From Phoronis australis (taxonomy: Eukaryota > Animalia > Phoronida): DNA of 64,000 bases. How positions within the stretch are numbered: position 1 is the stretch's first letter; the number at the start of each line of letters is the position of its first letter. The stretch spans positions 145,827-209,826 of the forward strand of contig NMRA01000401.1 in the NCBI GenBank assembly GCA_002633005.1, read 5' to 3'. The notes beneath the pieces were generated by a model. It was not told the DNA's origin, ran no database searches, and saw only the letters and a program-made list of their open reading frames with translations. This document shows positions 26,401 through 40,700 of the stretch, piece by piece. The position numbers and the translations under genes are program-made.

Positions 26401-28544
26401 TTAATTATGGATGGTCCCTTGTCTCAAGACGTTTTTGAAGTTAACATCTTAAACTGTATCAGATAGAACAATTTATTCACTCTTTTAAGTTAGAATTTGC
26501 ACTGATGTTAGCTAATATATTGACAGTCTGGGTCACTTTGTTGGCTTGAATCCTGTTGTCATCAATAAGATTGGAGGAACTGACGTAGCCTGGAGTATTA
26601 CACAGGGATTCAAACGCGATATTGCTGGCAACCTGTCGCTGAAGTGAATGGCATTCTTGGAGCACTTAGCTATGAAGTAATTTAAATTGAGGGCTTTGTT
26701 GGAGGGTACAGGTGGGCTATGTCACCCCCCCCCCCCCNCAATAATACGGGCGTCACTTAACATTCCAAGCTTAAAAGAGCCTGTAGAATCTTACGAGAAG
26801 ATGGATTACCATGGTATTTTGCAGATCTGCGTGAGATATAAGGAACATTTAAAACAGTGCGCAGAGGCGGTCTCCTTTGACCAAAACGCACTCTGCATCA
26901 GAATAAAAGAGGTTGGTTTAATTTACTATCACTTTGAATTTTGTTTTAAGGATCACTCGACGTCATTTTTCAAAATGTTCCTGGTTTATATTTTGACATG
27001 CCTTTAGATTTTTCCAAAAACGATAGAAATCATTAATTTTTGAAGTTTTGCCTAAAAGAAAATATTTTGAATGACTAAAACTGTTGATTAATTATGGATG
27101 GTCCCTTGTCTCAAGACGTTTTTGAAGTTAACATCTTAAAAGATAAACACAAACTATATCAGATAGAACAATTTATTCGCTCTTTTAAGTTAAAATTTGC
27201 ACTGATGTTAGCTAATATGTTGATAGTCTGGGTCACTTTGTTGGCTTGAATCCTGTTGTCATCAATAAGATTGGAGGAACTGACGTAGCCTGGAGTGTTA
27301 CACAGGGATTCAAGCGCGATATTGCTGGCAACCTGTCGCTGAAATGAATGGCATTCTTGGAGCACTTTGCTATGAAGTAATTTAAAGTGAGGGCTTTGTT
27401 GGAGGGTACAGGTGGGCTATGTCACCCCCCCCCCCCCCCCAGCTGTGTCACTCCCCTGCAGATAATGAATCGGAGGGCAACTGATTCACCAAATGACATC
27501 TTCTTTGACCATCAGATAGCTTTTCTCCAGTGGGAACTTTTTTAAATCGGTCACATTTTTCTGAGATTTTAAACAGGAAATACTTTGAGTTCAGAAAAAA
27601 GTTATAGTTGGTGAAGAAGTGGCTTAATTTCAAACAATGGCGACCGCCAGGAGTCAAAACTGCTCAAATTACCTTTTGAAAAGTATATGGCCATGAAAGT
27701 GGCAATATGCTAAGACTGATACAGTTTTGTAGCTTTTGAAAAAATGATGCCGGCATGCATTTCTCTCCATAAACAGTGAGGCACAGGCTTCAAAATGAGT
27801 GGGTGAGGTCCAAACCTGTTATGCAAATTTTCTTTGACCTTGTTAGTTGATTTATGCATACCACTAAAGCTGTGCAGTTTTGGACTTTGTGTACAAACTT
27901 TAAGTTATATTACTCAAAATATTGACCTGGGAAGGTGTCTGCAGTATGTGTCATTCAAAAAGCCATGTTCATTCACAGAAAATTGTCTGGGAAAGGGCTA
28001 CGAGATTTGTTTTCGAAATTGCCTCAACAAAGGATTGGTATACAATTGGAACAAAACTCTGCAGCAAATGGATATCAACTTTTTTGGAAGCTCTCTACCA
28101 GTCGTTGTAGTGCTCATTTCTGTTCCCTGTAGTGTGCATATCCATTTCTTGGCTTCTGGCACCCTTCATCGAGAAAAATGGGGCATATATTACGGGGTAG
28201 TCGTTATTTGTGATGAATGAATCGTTAGTTGCTCATTGGCTCTTGGAATGTGCTCGATTAACAGCACATGATGGTGACATTTTGTTTGACCACAGACACA
28301 TATATTCTCCTTTCAGATTGATTTTGCCATAAGAATGCTGATGAACATGATAACTGAAAAACAGAAGAAGTATGCCAAGTTTGCAGAGCAGCTACATAAA
28401 GTCAATGACATGTCCTCATCCATCAGGAAGTCGCAGAGAATTTTAGACGAACTAATCCCTGTGCTAAATGACCTGAACTTAATGTTACCTCCCGACGACC
28501 AATTGGAAGAGTTCACCATAGTACCCAGCACTTCCATTAATTGA
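23447..28544 (+). CDS. BORCS5: BLOC-1-related complex subunit 5 (myrlysin/LOH12CR1), ~241 aa
   Basis: Exons 23447-23570, 25811-26184 and 28317-28544, GT-AG and in phase. Myristoylation start MGGEQSS, then [67 protein letters not shown] and [14 protein letters not shown]. Confidence 0.93.
26739..27440 (+). other. Near-identical duplicate of 26012-26737 after a single N (probable uncollapsed haplotype)
   Basis: Starts mid-exon right after N26738 with no splice acceptor. Differs from copy 1 by scattered SNPs and small indels, and both copies end in the same poly-C tract. Confidence 0.8.
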
Positions 28545-31500
28545 TGGCAATAACATTTTGCAATGGGAGCGCGAAATCCACTGAGTAATGCTAGTGAAAC
28601 AAAGATCTCACGTGTTTAAAACTAAGACGCACCCATTCAGGTAGTCTCGTGGCATCCTTTGTCTATGAATGCTGATTAATTGTTCCCTGTATGACCTTGA
28701 CTCAATGAACGCCACCTAGTGAGTCTTCAATTTACGAGATTTCATCTATGGCGCTGTTGTGGAACGACTGTCGGCTTGTAAACTTCTGGTGACGTCAGAA
28801 AATAACTTGCCCTCTATAGCATGCGTTTTGGTACAAGTATAACAAAGCAACCATCATAGACAAACATAAACATGAAAATGAGCCCCAAAATGCATCAAAT
28901 AAGTTCACAGATTAGCATGTCTTTTGCATAAAAGATTCTCAAAGTAGGAGCCATGTGATCACGCTGAAGTCAAGTCTCTCATCCTAAAATGCAAATTTGG
29001 TTACACCTCCAAAGTTTATCTGTGATGTCACCAGATGTTTGCGATCCAACAACCACCCCGCAATGCATTTGAAAAACAACAACAGCACGTAGATGAAATT
29101 GCCCAAATTGCATCTCGTCGTTGATCAGGAGGTCTGGAGCATTACAACCAACACCGTATTCCATCTGTAAGTGAAAAATGTGGCGGCCATTCAGGCACGC
29201 AAAAGCGTGGCATTTCACTAAACACATTTTCATTTAAAACCCGCTACAATCCACTTTACTAACACAAAGAACAGCTGGATTTAGAAGACTTATCGTTACG
29301 AAATTGTTTTAAAATAATTGTTCTCTAACCAAAATATATGGATTGTCTGTTCTTGAAAGTTACTGATGGTTTGCTATCGCTTGAGACCAATGTTTACAAG
29401 TTCTCTTGTTGTCACAGCGTGTCACCTTATTCGCCAAGGGTGTATTGTCCCCATCAATAACACCGTATGAAACTTCTATGCAAGACCAAAAATCACTTTT
29501 CATGTCACTAAGGAATAAAATAAGATCACTTTATGGCAGCAAGTGGTTTAAATGAAAACCTGTTCCTGCGGAAGGCAGGTTTATAGCTGCTTTGTGTGGA
29601 GCTTTTTCTTTTATGGTAATTCTTTTGAGATACTTATTAGTAAGTTATTGTTAGCATGTAGACACTGTGTGTGAGATGGTCCGGTTTAATATGAATGACC
29701 GTGTGCAATAGAGTTTAAAAAGGACACCTGTGTTAAGACAAACGACTGTTGGTCGCAGTAAAGGTTTCTAGTTTAAGATTATGCTCATATTTTTGAAATT
29801 TTGGTGCTGCAGCCATTGAGAATAATTGGGCTGATCATTTACTGGTTTGAACAAATTTAAAGCAGTGTTTCAATGTCAAAATTTGGAAGATCAATTAGTG
29901 ATTCCCACAATTGTATTAAAATTGCTTAGAATTCATGGAAAATTGCCTTCCTTGGAAATTAATTATTATACGTGTATTTGTTTTTCTGACAAATTCCAGA
30001 ATTGCCAATTATAGGTCTTTACTGTATTTTTGAAAAAAATATGTCCAGTTTCCTATGTAATTGTGTATGCAAAACACCGTTGCATACTAAAAATCTGATC
30101 TTTGTGTGTAAAATGTACAAACGAAGGTCACATTTTTTCCGCTGCTCATATGTAGAATGTGTTCTATACCATGGTTAGTATGGTTTGCAATATACAGCTG
30201 TCTGCATTATGAAACAATTTGTTTAAAATAATTTTAGCGAAAAATTTTTTTTGAAATTAATTTGCTTTGCAGTGACGTCGACTGCTCATTTGTCCTATTT
30301 ACGGCGTTACAAAAAGCATCTTATTCGCTCGGAATAGTACAAAGTTTGCTCTTTCTGTGGTGCAAATAATGAATGGTAGTACGTAAAATAACAGTAAAAT
30401 CTCAGTCAGCAATTCAGGAAGGCAGATGGCAGACAAATAAATTTTAAGTTTTCGTAAAATATAGCAACATCAACTAAATGCTTAGTCATTTTTCAAACTT
30501 TAAAACAGTTTTTTGAGAAATTATGTATGGATGTTCACAATAATGGAAACTGAAAAGGTCACTTTAGCAATCATTTTTGTTTAAAATTATTGAGGTAACT
30601 GTACTGTACATTCTGTCAAATTTTTCATCAAAGAAGTCGGTGATTATGTTATAAATATTTTAACTTACAATTTATTTTATACCATTGTTATGGTTTGCAA
30701 TATACAGCTGTATGAATTATGTAACCATGTAGTATTTTGAGTGTGTACAATAATTTTTGTGATTATTTTTTTCTGAAATTAATTAGCTTTGCAGTAAGAC
30801 TTGAGTGTTCCTGACATTTTGTCTTACATATGACTTACACTGTATGGAAAGCACACAACTTCCAATTTAAACTTTATTGACTTTTTTATCAAATGTACAC
30901 ATTCAATATAATTAACAAAAATTATAGACAGTGTCAACAGTTAAAATTGCCAAACCCAGCTTTGACATATAAACAGAAATTAAAAACCACTTTCCCAATC
31001 TTTTCTCTGTGTTACAAAATAAGACCCTCAAAAGTCTGGAGCAAAGTTTGAAAACTACAAAATCTAAAACGACGTGACCTACGCTTCAGGCGAGTTCCAC
31101 AAGAACTCTTAGGGAAAGACCACCCACAAAGAACCACAATATCTAATCTTTGGCACAGACAGCATGCATTTTCAGCTGATTCCCACTTTTACCACTCAAG
31201 TGAGTCGACACTGGTTCATTAGTAGGTGGTGTTTAGCGGGTGACGTAACAAAGATTGGTTAAAGCAACTAAAACTAGGTTTAGTAATGTCCTTTTAAATT
31301 TTAACATCTTATAGATGACATTTTATCAACAAAAAAGAACCACAACCAAAAGTCAAGCTTTTAAAGTGGCTATCTTGTTTAAATACACGAAAATGCTTAA
31401 AAATGTCAGTGCAAATAACTTTTCCACGAGACATGGTTCACTAGGTTGCCACCAGGTAGCGCAAATTACAATTTACACATTCGAGTAGGAAATGAAAGAG

Positions 31501-31733
31501 AGCCACTTTAATATAACTTTACAAATTTATGGACAAAATACTTAAAGAAATTTCATTTCACCAAATAATTATTGGATCGGCACATATAAATGGATCACAG
31601 CACCAATTCTTTGACATTAAAAAACAAAGTTGTGCTATGCAGTTCCCTGCAAACTTCAGCCAAATACAGCAAAGACGAATTCATCGTCACAGTAGTCTTC
31701 CCTTGCTGAATCTGGTCACCTTGTCCACTGACA

Positions 31734-34700
31734 TCATGGATACCTGACCCACGACATGAAGAGTTGAGGAAAGGCAGCACTCATGCCACTCGTGTAAGCT
31801 GTATGCCTGAAATGAATACACACGAAAGTACGGAGGCTAGTAAGGGACCTGGGACAAATTTTATATTTATAGACGTTAGTAGTATCATAGATTAAATACT
31901 TTCACGAAACTGCACAGAATTTCCTTTTCAAAACCTTAGTTTTAAAAGTTTGGAAAGCAAAATACTTGATTTTAACTGTGATTTAGAACAAAACATCAAC
32001 TGACTTGCCTGGAAAAAAAACAATGTTCTAAATGTATTAACTAACTTTATACTTAGCCTTAAAACTACAAACCATGTTCTTTAAGGATGAGCAAAAGCGT
32101 GAATCTGCTTGCCAAATCAATACATTAACTGTGGAACTTTTTACCATTCACTTATTTTTCATTTAACCTTAAAATAAGCTTTCTTAGTGAATTAACACAG
32201 TCAAAACAATACAAGACATTCATTGGTACATTGCACCCACGGCGGTGAACATCTCATCACGCAAAAAGGAAAGCCACACTACTCAAGGTTTGCAGAATGA
32301 ACCGCAACAGAATCGAGGTGCAACCATGATCCTCTCTCCACTAATAACATGTTCCAGTACTACATTTCATGCAACACTCACAAGTTGTTGCAAAATAATG
32401 ATTGAATGAAAACCATGGATAGGGCTCAAACTGTCTCGGCTCCACTTGGGGCACCATCATTGTAAAAATGAGACACAAGAAAGTTGGTGCTCTCTCCACT
32501 CAAAACAGCATGAGCAAAATTAAATTCTGACAAACCAATTAGCAAACTAACGATAGACAAAGTAGTTGAGTTTGTTCTAAAATCGAGTGCTACCGGTTTA
32601 TTTTTGGCAGTGAAACCATGTCAAAAATGACTCATTGGGGCACTGCTATAGAAGAAAATATGCAATCACCAACTTTGTGGTTCTGCATGTATCTGTGCCA
32701 AGTTATTGGAGGTTTGAGAAATAAATAACCAATGGAAAGCAAACGTAATATTAGAAGGATGCTGACTGTGTTTCGAGGGTGAACAAAATGAAAACAAAAG
32801 ACTTACTCATTAAGCACCAATGGTACAGAGAGTACTTTGTAAAGAGCAGTTATGTTGAATCCCACATTTCCTGTCGTATTCATAGCCTTCATTGCAGCAA
32901 CCCTAGGAATCAAGTTGGGAGAATTAAAAACAGCGACAGTGTCAGTTTTGGGAAAAATAAGGGAAACAAAATCTGCACATTTTATATCTAATTCAGTGAA
33001 AAATACAATAACCGGTTGTTAAATATGACCCTCAATCCTGTAATCAAACTGAAAGCGTGGTGGTTGCTTGTTGTGTCTTAGATTGTTTGTTCTAGAATCG
33101 AGGTGGTGGTGGTGCAAATTTTAGAAATTCGAGATAAGCTCACTACGGCATGGAAATGCAGGTGGTGCACATCAAGTTACATAAAAAGAATGTTTGAACA
33201 TGGTGTCTTTATATAAAATAGAGACATGAATAACTAACCTTGGGTTTTTCTACCAAGAAATTTCTGAGCAACGCTGCTGCCAAAATGTAGAAAATCGAAT
33301 ATTTGGAATTCAAACACGATGAGCATTAACAAAATTGGTGATGCTAAAAAGAGACATTGCATCGCACAGCATGTCACTTGGGGTACAACTGTGTCAATTC
33401 ACAACAAAATAAAGGTCGGGCGCAACAGCAAAAACAGCTGAACAAATGTAGTCTCAACGATTTTGCAAATATGGAGCGTTGCCATGGATACTTGTAGTGG
33501 CTAAAAAAGGGTAGCATGACAATGATACCTGCCCACGCAGTCTTCCCTAGGTGGAGTTTGCTGCACAAAAAATGTTTGATCATTCACTTGAAATCGGCTT
33601 ATGAATGATTTTTTATTCTGACCTATATTCGGTGGTTCACATACCACCTCCTGAACAGCTGTGTAAAACTGTTATCAACATGTTTTCTTCAATAACAAAC
33701 TGAAAAATTGCAATGGATGCAAATTTTTGTTTCACTGATTTCAAAAACATTGGAAGTGGCTTTTGCTCTCTGGTTGCAATCAAAGTCAGTGAATAGACCA
33801 TCGTTGATTGCCAGCGCCTTCTATTGACAGGAACTGCTAATACTACCATACCTCCTATTGTCTCCAGGTGGTTTCCAGTGGTCAAAGTTTGTCTCAAGTA
33901 CATACCACCTGCAACAAGAAACATGATGGCTTATGCAAAACAAATAAAGCTTGACTCAAAGATTTTGATGAAATTTCAAAAATAAAACATTCTCAAAAAA
34001 TCTCTTAAAGATGTACCAAATCACTACCATTAACCCAAACTGCACTGGCCTCGGTGTGAATGCAACCCGATTTTTTGAGTGTGAAGAACACTGTTTAATG
34101 TTCACTTAGCTTGCCCCCTACTTATATTAAAGATTACATCCGCAAAATGACATCTGAGTTCACTTTAAGCACCTTACCTGCCAAGTGTAGGGTTAAGAGG
34201 CCAGACGTCCACCGAGCCGATGTGCTTTTTAGTAATAACAGCTCCCTCTCCAGGCTTGACGCCACCCACTATGAGGTAGGCATCCGCAATTGTGTCTGAC
34301 GTTTCCAATATCTTCATTGCTTGTTGGTAAGAGGTTGCAGTTTCAAGAACCTTTGGATAATGACATATAAGATGTGTCATATTTGGTATGATGCTACAGG
34401 ACACAATAAACTGTTGCAGAGTGGCACAAGCTGGGTACTAAAAATGATCAAAGCAAAATCGGACAAGACAACTTGCCATCAGCTCCACCTGTAGACAAAA
34501 TTCGTTGAACACAGAACAATGTAATTTCAAGAATGTTTGTTTGAGCTCTCTGTAGTTTTGAAAATTATTAATCATGAACATTGCCGTTTGTTCAAAAAAT
34601 TATACTTTGAATTACTGAATTCCCTATTAAGTTTAGTCCATCTCGGACAAAACCAATGATTGTCCACAGTTCAAAACGACCAGTCACAAGTAACAAAAAA

Positions 34701-37700
34701 CTTCTTTTAAAATTAAAACTAAACAAAGATACAAAATTGTTATCAGATAATTTTTTTCGTAAGTTTTACATTTTACTAAATGAATCACATAAATTATTAG
34801 GCTCAGTCTATGATGACACAGATGGACAGATCAAGGTAAGGGCTAAGGTGCCCGATGTTCTCCTAACATGGAAGACTTCATGCATGATGGATCCAGTGGC
34901 GGATTTAGGGAGGGGGTAAGGGGCCATGGCTCTCACCATAAATTCTCCCATATTCGATTTGGGGCAGTTTGGGGGTGAGAATGTCTGACAGGCAAAATCC
35001 TGGCTAAAACTCTGCCCAGCCCCCCCAACTCAAAATCCTGAATCTGCCCCTGACATTGTAAGCACAGCTTATTTATATCATAATAGCAATAACAAAAATG
35101 CCTCGTGAAAATTATAATCTACATAAAAACTTGGAAATACTGATTAAAATTACCCTTCTGACGAGAAAACTGTCTGGTAAAGCTTTTCGGTCAAACAGAG
35201 CAATGATAAGATTTTCCCACCAGGACCCTTGATCTGAAATACACAGTAATATCAATAATAATGCCAGTTCACAGACAGGCAACCAATTGCATAATCATCA
35301 TTTTCAGCATATACATACCTTTTCTTCACAGAAAAGTAATGTCACATTTAAATTCCAAATCAAAAATCTGCAAACCTGTCATGAAACAGCCCAAGAAAAT
35401 TAGATAAATTTGGATAAAATTGATCATTTAGTTCGTTCCCGGAAACACAGCACGTCGGCTAATTCTGACCCTGATGTGAAGCCAAATTGGTTTACACTAT
35501 TGCATTGTGGGTAGCACAACAGTTGTGTGATATTTACAAAGGCCGTCTTTTTAAAGATGGCCTCGAAACAACAAATGATTGCATTTCATCAGCTCACTTT
35601 TACTAGGTAATTGAATTTTTTTGGGTTCTGGTATTTGAATGTGTAGAGTTACATACCACGATGAGTAAAATAATTAGGCAGAGGGTTAAGAAACTGAATA
35701 CATGACAATCTTTAACAATTTGAGTTTTCACATACAGTGGCACAACAACAAGATTTTGCAACACAGCTCTTGAAAAGTTTAATTTTTAATACCCAGCGTA
35801 GTCACACTTGATGCTTTTGGTCTTGGAATAACTTAAAGAAACGTGAAAAAGCACTTTTGTATAAAAAGCGCGACCAAATCGCATATTACTTTCAAAAACT
35901 CTTTGATACACGGGGACAAAAAACGACACACTTTATCTACAAGAACATGCATTAACACTAAAATTAACACCACGCAAAGCTAGGAGTACATTTTATGAAT
36001 GCTTTAGTACCTCTCTCAATAATAACATGAAGGAAAGTTAGGAATACATTTACTGAATATTTTAGTACCTCTCTCACTAATAATACCATGAAGGAAAGTT
36101 AGGAATACATTCCCTGAATACTTTAGTACCTCTCTCACTAATAATAACATGACGGAAAGTTAGGAATACATTTACTGAATACTTTAGCACCTCTCTCACT
36201 AATAATAACATGAAGGAAAGTTAGGNATAATCTACATAAAAACTTGGAAATACTGATTAAAATTACCCTTCTGACGAGAAAACTGTCTGGTAAAGCTTTT
36301 CGGTCAAACAGAGCAATGATAAGATTTTCCCACCAGGACCCTTGATCTGAAATACACAGTAATATCAATAATAATTGCGGTTCATAGACAGGCTACCAAT
36401 TGCATAATCATCATTTTCAGCATATACATACCTTTTCTTCACAGAAAAGTAATGTCACATTTAAATTCCAAATCAAAAATCTGCAAACCTGTCATGAAAC
36501 AGCCCAAGAACATTAGATAAATTTGGATAAAATTGATCATTTTCGTTCCCGGAAACACAGCACGCCGCCAATTCTGACCTGATGTGAAGCCAAATTGGTT
36601 TACACTATTGCATTGTGGGTAGCACAACAGTTGTGTGATATTTGCAAAGGCCGTCTTTTATAAAGATGGCCTCGAAACAACAAATGATTGCATTTCATCA
36701 GCTCACTTTTATAGTTAATTGAATTTTTTTTGGGTTCTGGTATTTGAATGTGTAGAGTTACATACCATGATGAGTAAAATAATTAGGCAGAGGGTTAAGA
36801 AACTGAATACATTGACAATCTTTAACAATTTGAGTTTTCACATACAGTGGCACAACAACAAGATTTTGCAACACAGCTCTTGAAAAGTTTAATTTTTAAT
36901 ACCCAGCATAGTCACACTTGATGCTTTTGGTCTTGGAATAACTTAAAGAAACGTGAAAAAGCACTTTTGTATAAAAAGCGCGACCAAATCGCATATTACT
37001 TTCAAAAACTCTTTGATACACGGTGACAAAAAAACGACACACTTTATCTACAAGAACATGCATTAACACTAAAATTAACACCACGCAAAGCTAGGAGTAC
37101 ATTTTATGAATGCTTCAGTACCTCTCTCAATAATAACATGAAGGAAAGTTAGGAATACATTTACTGAATACTTTAGCACCTCTCTCACTAATAATACCAT
37201 GAAGGAAAGTTAGGAATACATTTCCTGAATACTTTAGTACCTCTCTCACTAATAATAACATGACGGAAAGTTAGGAATACATTTACTGAATACTTTAGCA
37301 CCTCTCTCACTAATAATAACATGAAGGAAAGTTAGGAATACATTTACTGAATACTTTAGTACCTATCTCACTAATAATAACATGAAGGAAAGTTAGGAAT
37401 ACATTTACTGAATACTTTAGTACCTCTCTCATTAAGTGTAACCGTGAATGCATGAGGCTTCATTCCAGTTACGATTCCTGTGAATCCAACAAATGTTGTT
37501 GCCGTGTAAACAGTCTGCAAATGGAAACAAGTTCCAAAGATAGGCGAATTTCATTGAAACTTTACAATCTTAATAATTTCATTCATCACTCTCAAAAACG
37601 GTGGAAGGGTTTTCTTTTTAAATGCCTAGTTTTTGCTTACAGCAAGATAGACAAACATGACTGCTATTTTTTAAAAGAATACCTTATGTTTTGAGAGTTC

Positions 37701-40700
37701 ATTTGACATAGAAACGAAATGATTTACCGAAAATTCATAGCAGTGTTTTTGAGGTAAACTGTGAAGATTTATTTTAAAAAGTTTTCATTAAAACCCACCA
37801 AAGAGTTATTTTGCTACGATAATACTTTTCATAAAAATGAAATTTTGACATTAAAAGGTGGTAATGTAATAGTAATAATAATGTCACCTACTAAATATAG
37901 AACATATTTGTATAATCTCTGATCTTTTTTTCATTCAGAACATAACTAATATATACTTTTACTAGTTGACAAAGCCTTTCAGCAAAGAAACTAACAAGCT
38001 TGACGGTGTACTCTTCATGATTAATAATACCACTAACTGTCACTGGCAAATACGCAAAATATCATAATCCACAAAACTACGACAGTTTGCATATATTACA
38101 AACCCCTGAAGCACAAATTATCGGAACTTTTCATTGTGAAAATTATGTAGCCAAAAATGAAAACGAAATGATTCTTTATGAAACTGAGACAGAATTTTTA
38201 AGATTTCACGTTGGAACGTTTATGTCAAATGAAATTTGGTCACGTTATCAATACCGTCGTTATCAGCTGTGTGCCTTTCCCTTCCGCTAAATTTTACTAA
38301 AAAGATATGGTCACACGAGTCATGATCTAACTTATAGAAGATTGATAAAAAAAACGAAATTCTACAGGTTTTCAACGTTCTGAAATATACATTTGCACTT
38401 GGTTGAAATCTATTGTTTGATGGATATTTAGATAAATACATAGACTTGTTGGTAGAATCCTACACAACATTAAGGGAGGTCTCTCACTTTGTTATTACTT
38501 TGCACGTGAATTGTAACGGCTTGCTTCCTCAACAAGGCTGTGAAGTTTTGAACGCCAGAACCATAATCCAAGTTGCGACCGTGCCAAATATGACTGTTGG
38601 AATCTTGTGCGACGATGCTGGTGCAAAACCTGCAAACATATTCAGTAAGTGGGAACCACAATTTTCAAAGTTCAACAACTCTATAACATACCAGGCAAAC
38701 TTAATCCTCTGGATCAATTTCTTGTTATTTAGAATATTGACTTTAAGCAACAAAACAGCAGGGAGCATGTCCTACTACAACTCCACCTAGTGTTCGAGGA
38801 CAAAGAGTGGACCTTGATATTACCAAAATTACCAACACCAGCTACATTCTTACAACGCAAGTTCTGACTTGAACACACAGATCGATATGGAAAAGTACAC
38901 TGGACTTTCAAATGGGACAGGAATTGATACTCAACTCGAGTTCAGTCCTACGAACCATATAAAAGTGAGACCACTCATACATTATCATATCATTAGGCGG
39001 TTAGTTCCTGCATCTTGACTCCTCGAATGAGATTTAATTGACACAAAGACAATTCTTCCAAATCCCACAAGGGGTCTAGAAAAAAGAAGTAATGGTTGAG
39101 AAGATGTAATAATTAATTTATCCCACATATTAAGCAATAAACCCATAAATGAACTTATTAAAAAGACAAAGTAAAAACTCAACTTTTGATGTCATTACCA
39201 AGCAGACTACGTGAGCTTCTTCTACAGAACATCACAGTATACTCATCACATTTTCCCCACCACATTACAACAACTCTATGGGAAGTTAACACACAGTTCT
39301 CCAGGGAGTCACAAGGTGGCGCTTGCAACACCAGTGTCTTCTATAGAACATCTCAATATATGTATACTCATCATGTTTTTCTAACAACTCTTTGGGTAGT
39401 TAAAATGTTTTCATAGATGCTGTTAGAAGTGGTCTCCTTCAAATTCAAACGATGCTCTCGTTTATTGAGAATGCTGGTGCATTTAATGCTGTATAGATAC
39501 CACTGGAAGACATGTGACAGGAAAGAAAGGTTGGTCAACTGCACTGGCACACTTTAAGATTTAAGGTAGCACTTTAGGGACTAGTTTGTGTATTTTGTTA
39601 AATATCTAGAAAAGTATAGATTTTAACTCAGTAAGAGTATATATTTCCTGGAAATAGAAAGCTTGAACAAGCATCAATCTGTTATTAATTGGGTCATGGC
39701 ACCATGTCTGTTTTTGTAAAATTTAGCAAAAAAGAAAATTACACCCATGGCAAAACAACCGTATCAGTAACATGACCCAATTCCATTATTAAAAAATACA
39801 ATGTCCAATAATTAGAATTATTAACCACAGAAAGCGCTAGAGAAACCATTATGAAAATGTCCAAGATGAAGTCCCAAAAACGCAATAATTACGTTTTTTC
39901 AAATTGTCAGTTCGTTTTTGATTACACTGAACAGTTCATATTTTTTCATAAAAATCATTAACGTCATATTTTTGATAGGCTCTTATGGAATATTCAAAAA
40001 CAATTCCTAATAGTGCATAAAGCCTGAAAAATTAAAGTTTCATACCAGTATTTTCCGAAAATTGGCCAATGGGTGAATATTCCGAAAAACAAACTTTCAA
40101 AAATGTCATACGAAATACAATAAACACCAGGGCATATGTTTGGAAATGGGGACGTGTGTATAATCGGAAACTGTGCATTAAAACTGTTCTCCACATAGTG
40201 CAAATTTGATTATTTGACAAGAATCACCCATTTTCTCCTTAAAAAATATTCATTTGAGTAAAATCGGGATCCCAAATATAAACTCTGACTAAAATAAACA
40301 CATGTTTACATCAAAACGTCTTACGTACGGATTTTCTAAACATCTAAAAACAATAACTGAAAATACGCTCAGGGGCGTACTTTTTGGAAAAATTTCCAAA
40401 ATAATACGCCCATTGGCAGCCTCTTGGAAAATTTTACGAAAATATGCCCATGGGTGTATTTTTGGGCGAGCCTATTTTCGGAAATTCCTGGCATGAATCT
40501 GATCAACCATTTTTGACATTTGGTATTTTGAACTTTGCTAAATTTGGTCCTGTTCCTCATGGTCCCCGGAACAGTGATAACAAGAGTTTAGTATTGCCAA
40601 GTGCGTTTGTGAGACATCAACAATACATTTCAAGGAACTTACGCTGTGGCTTCATATATGACGTTCATGGTAAAAACATATCCCAGAGAAATGTTAGCTG

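Noticed and set aside
26687-27007. Second BORCS5 paralogue
   Set aside because: The ORF crosses an N, starts mid-exon and is near-identical to exon 2.
35975-37431. CRISPR-like array (also 7584-7725)
   Set aside because: Units are contiguous with no unique spacers, the context is eukaryotic and there are no cas genes.
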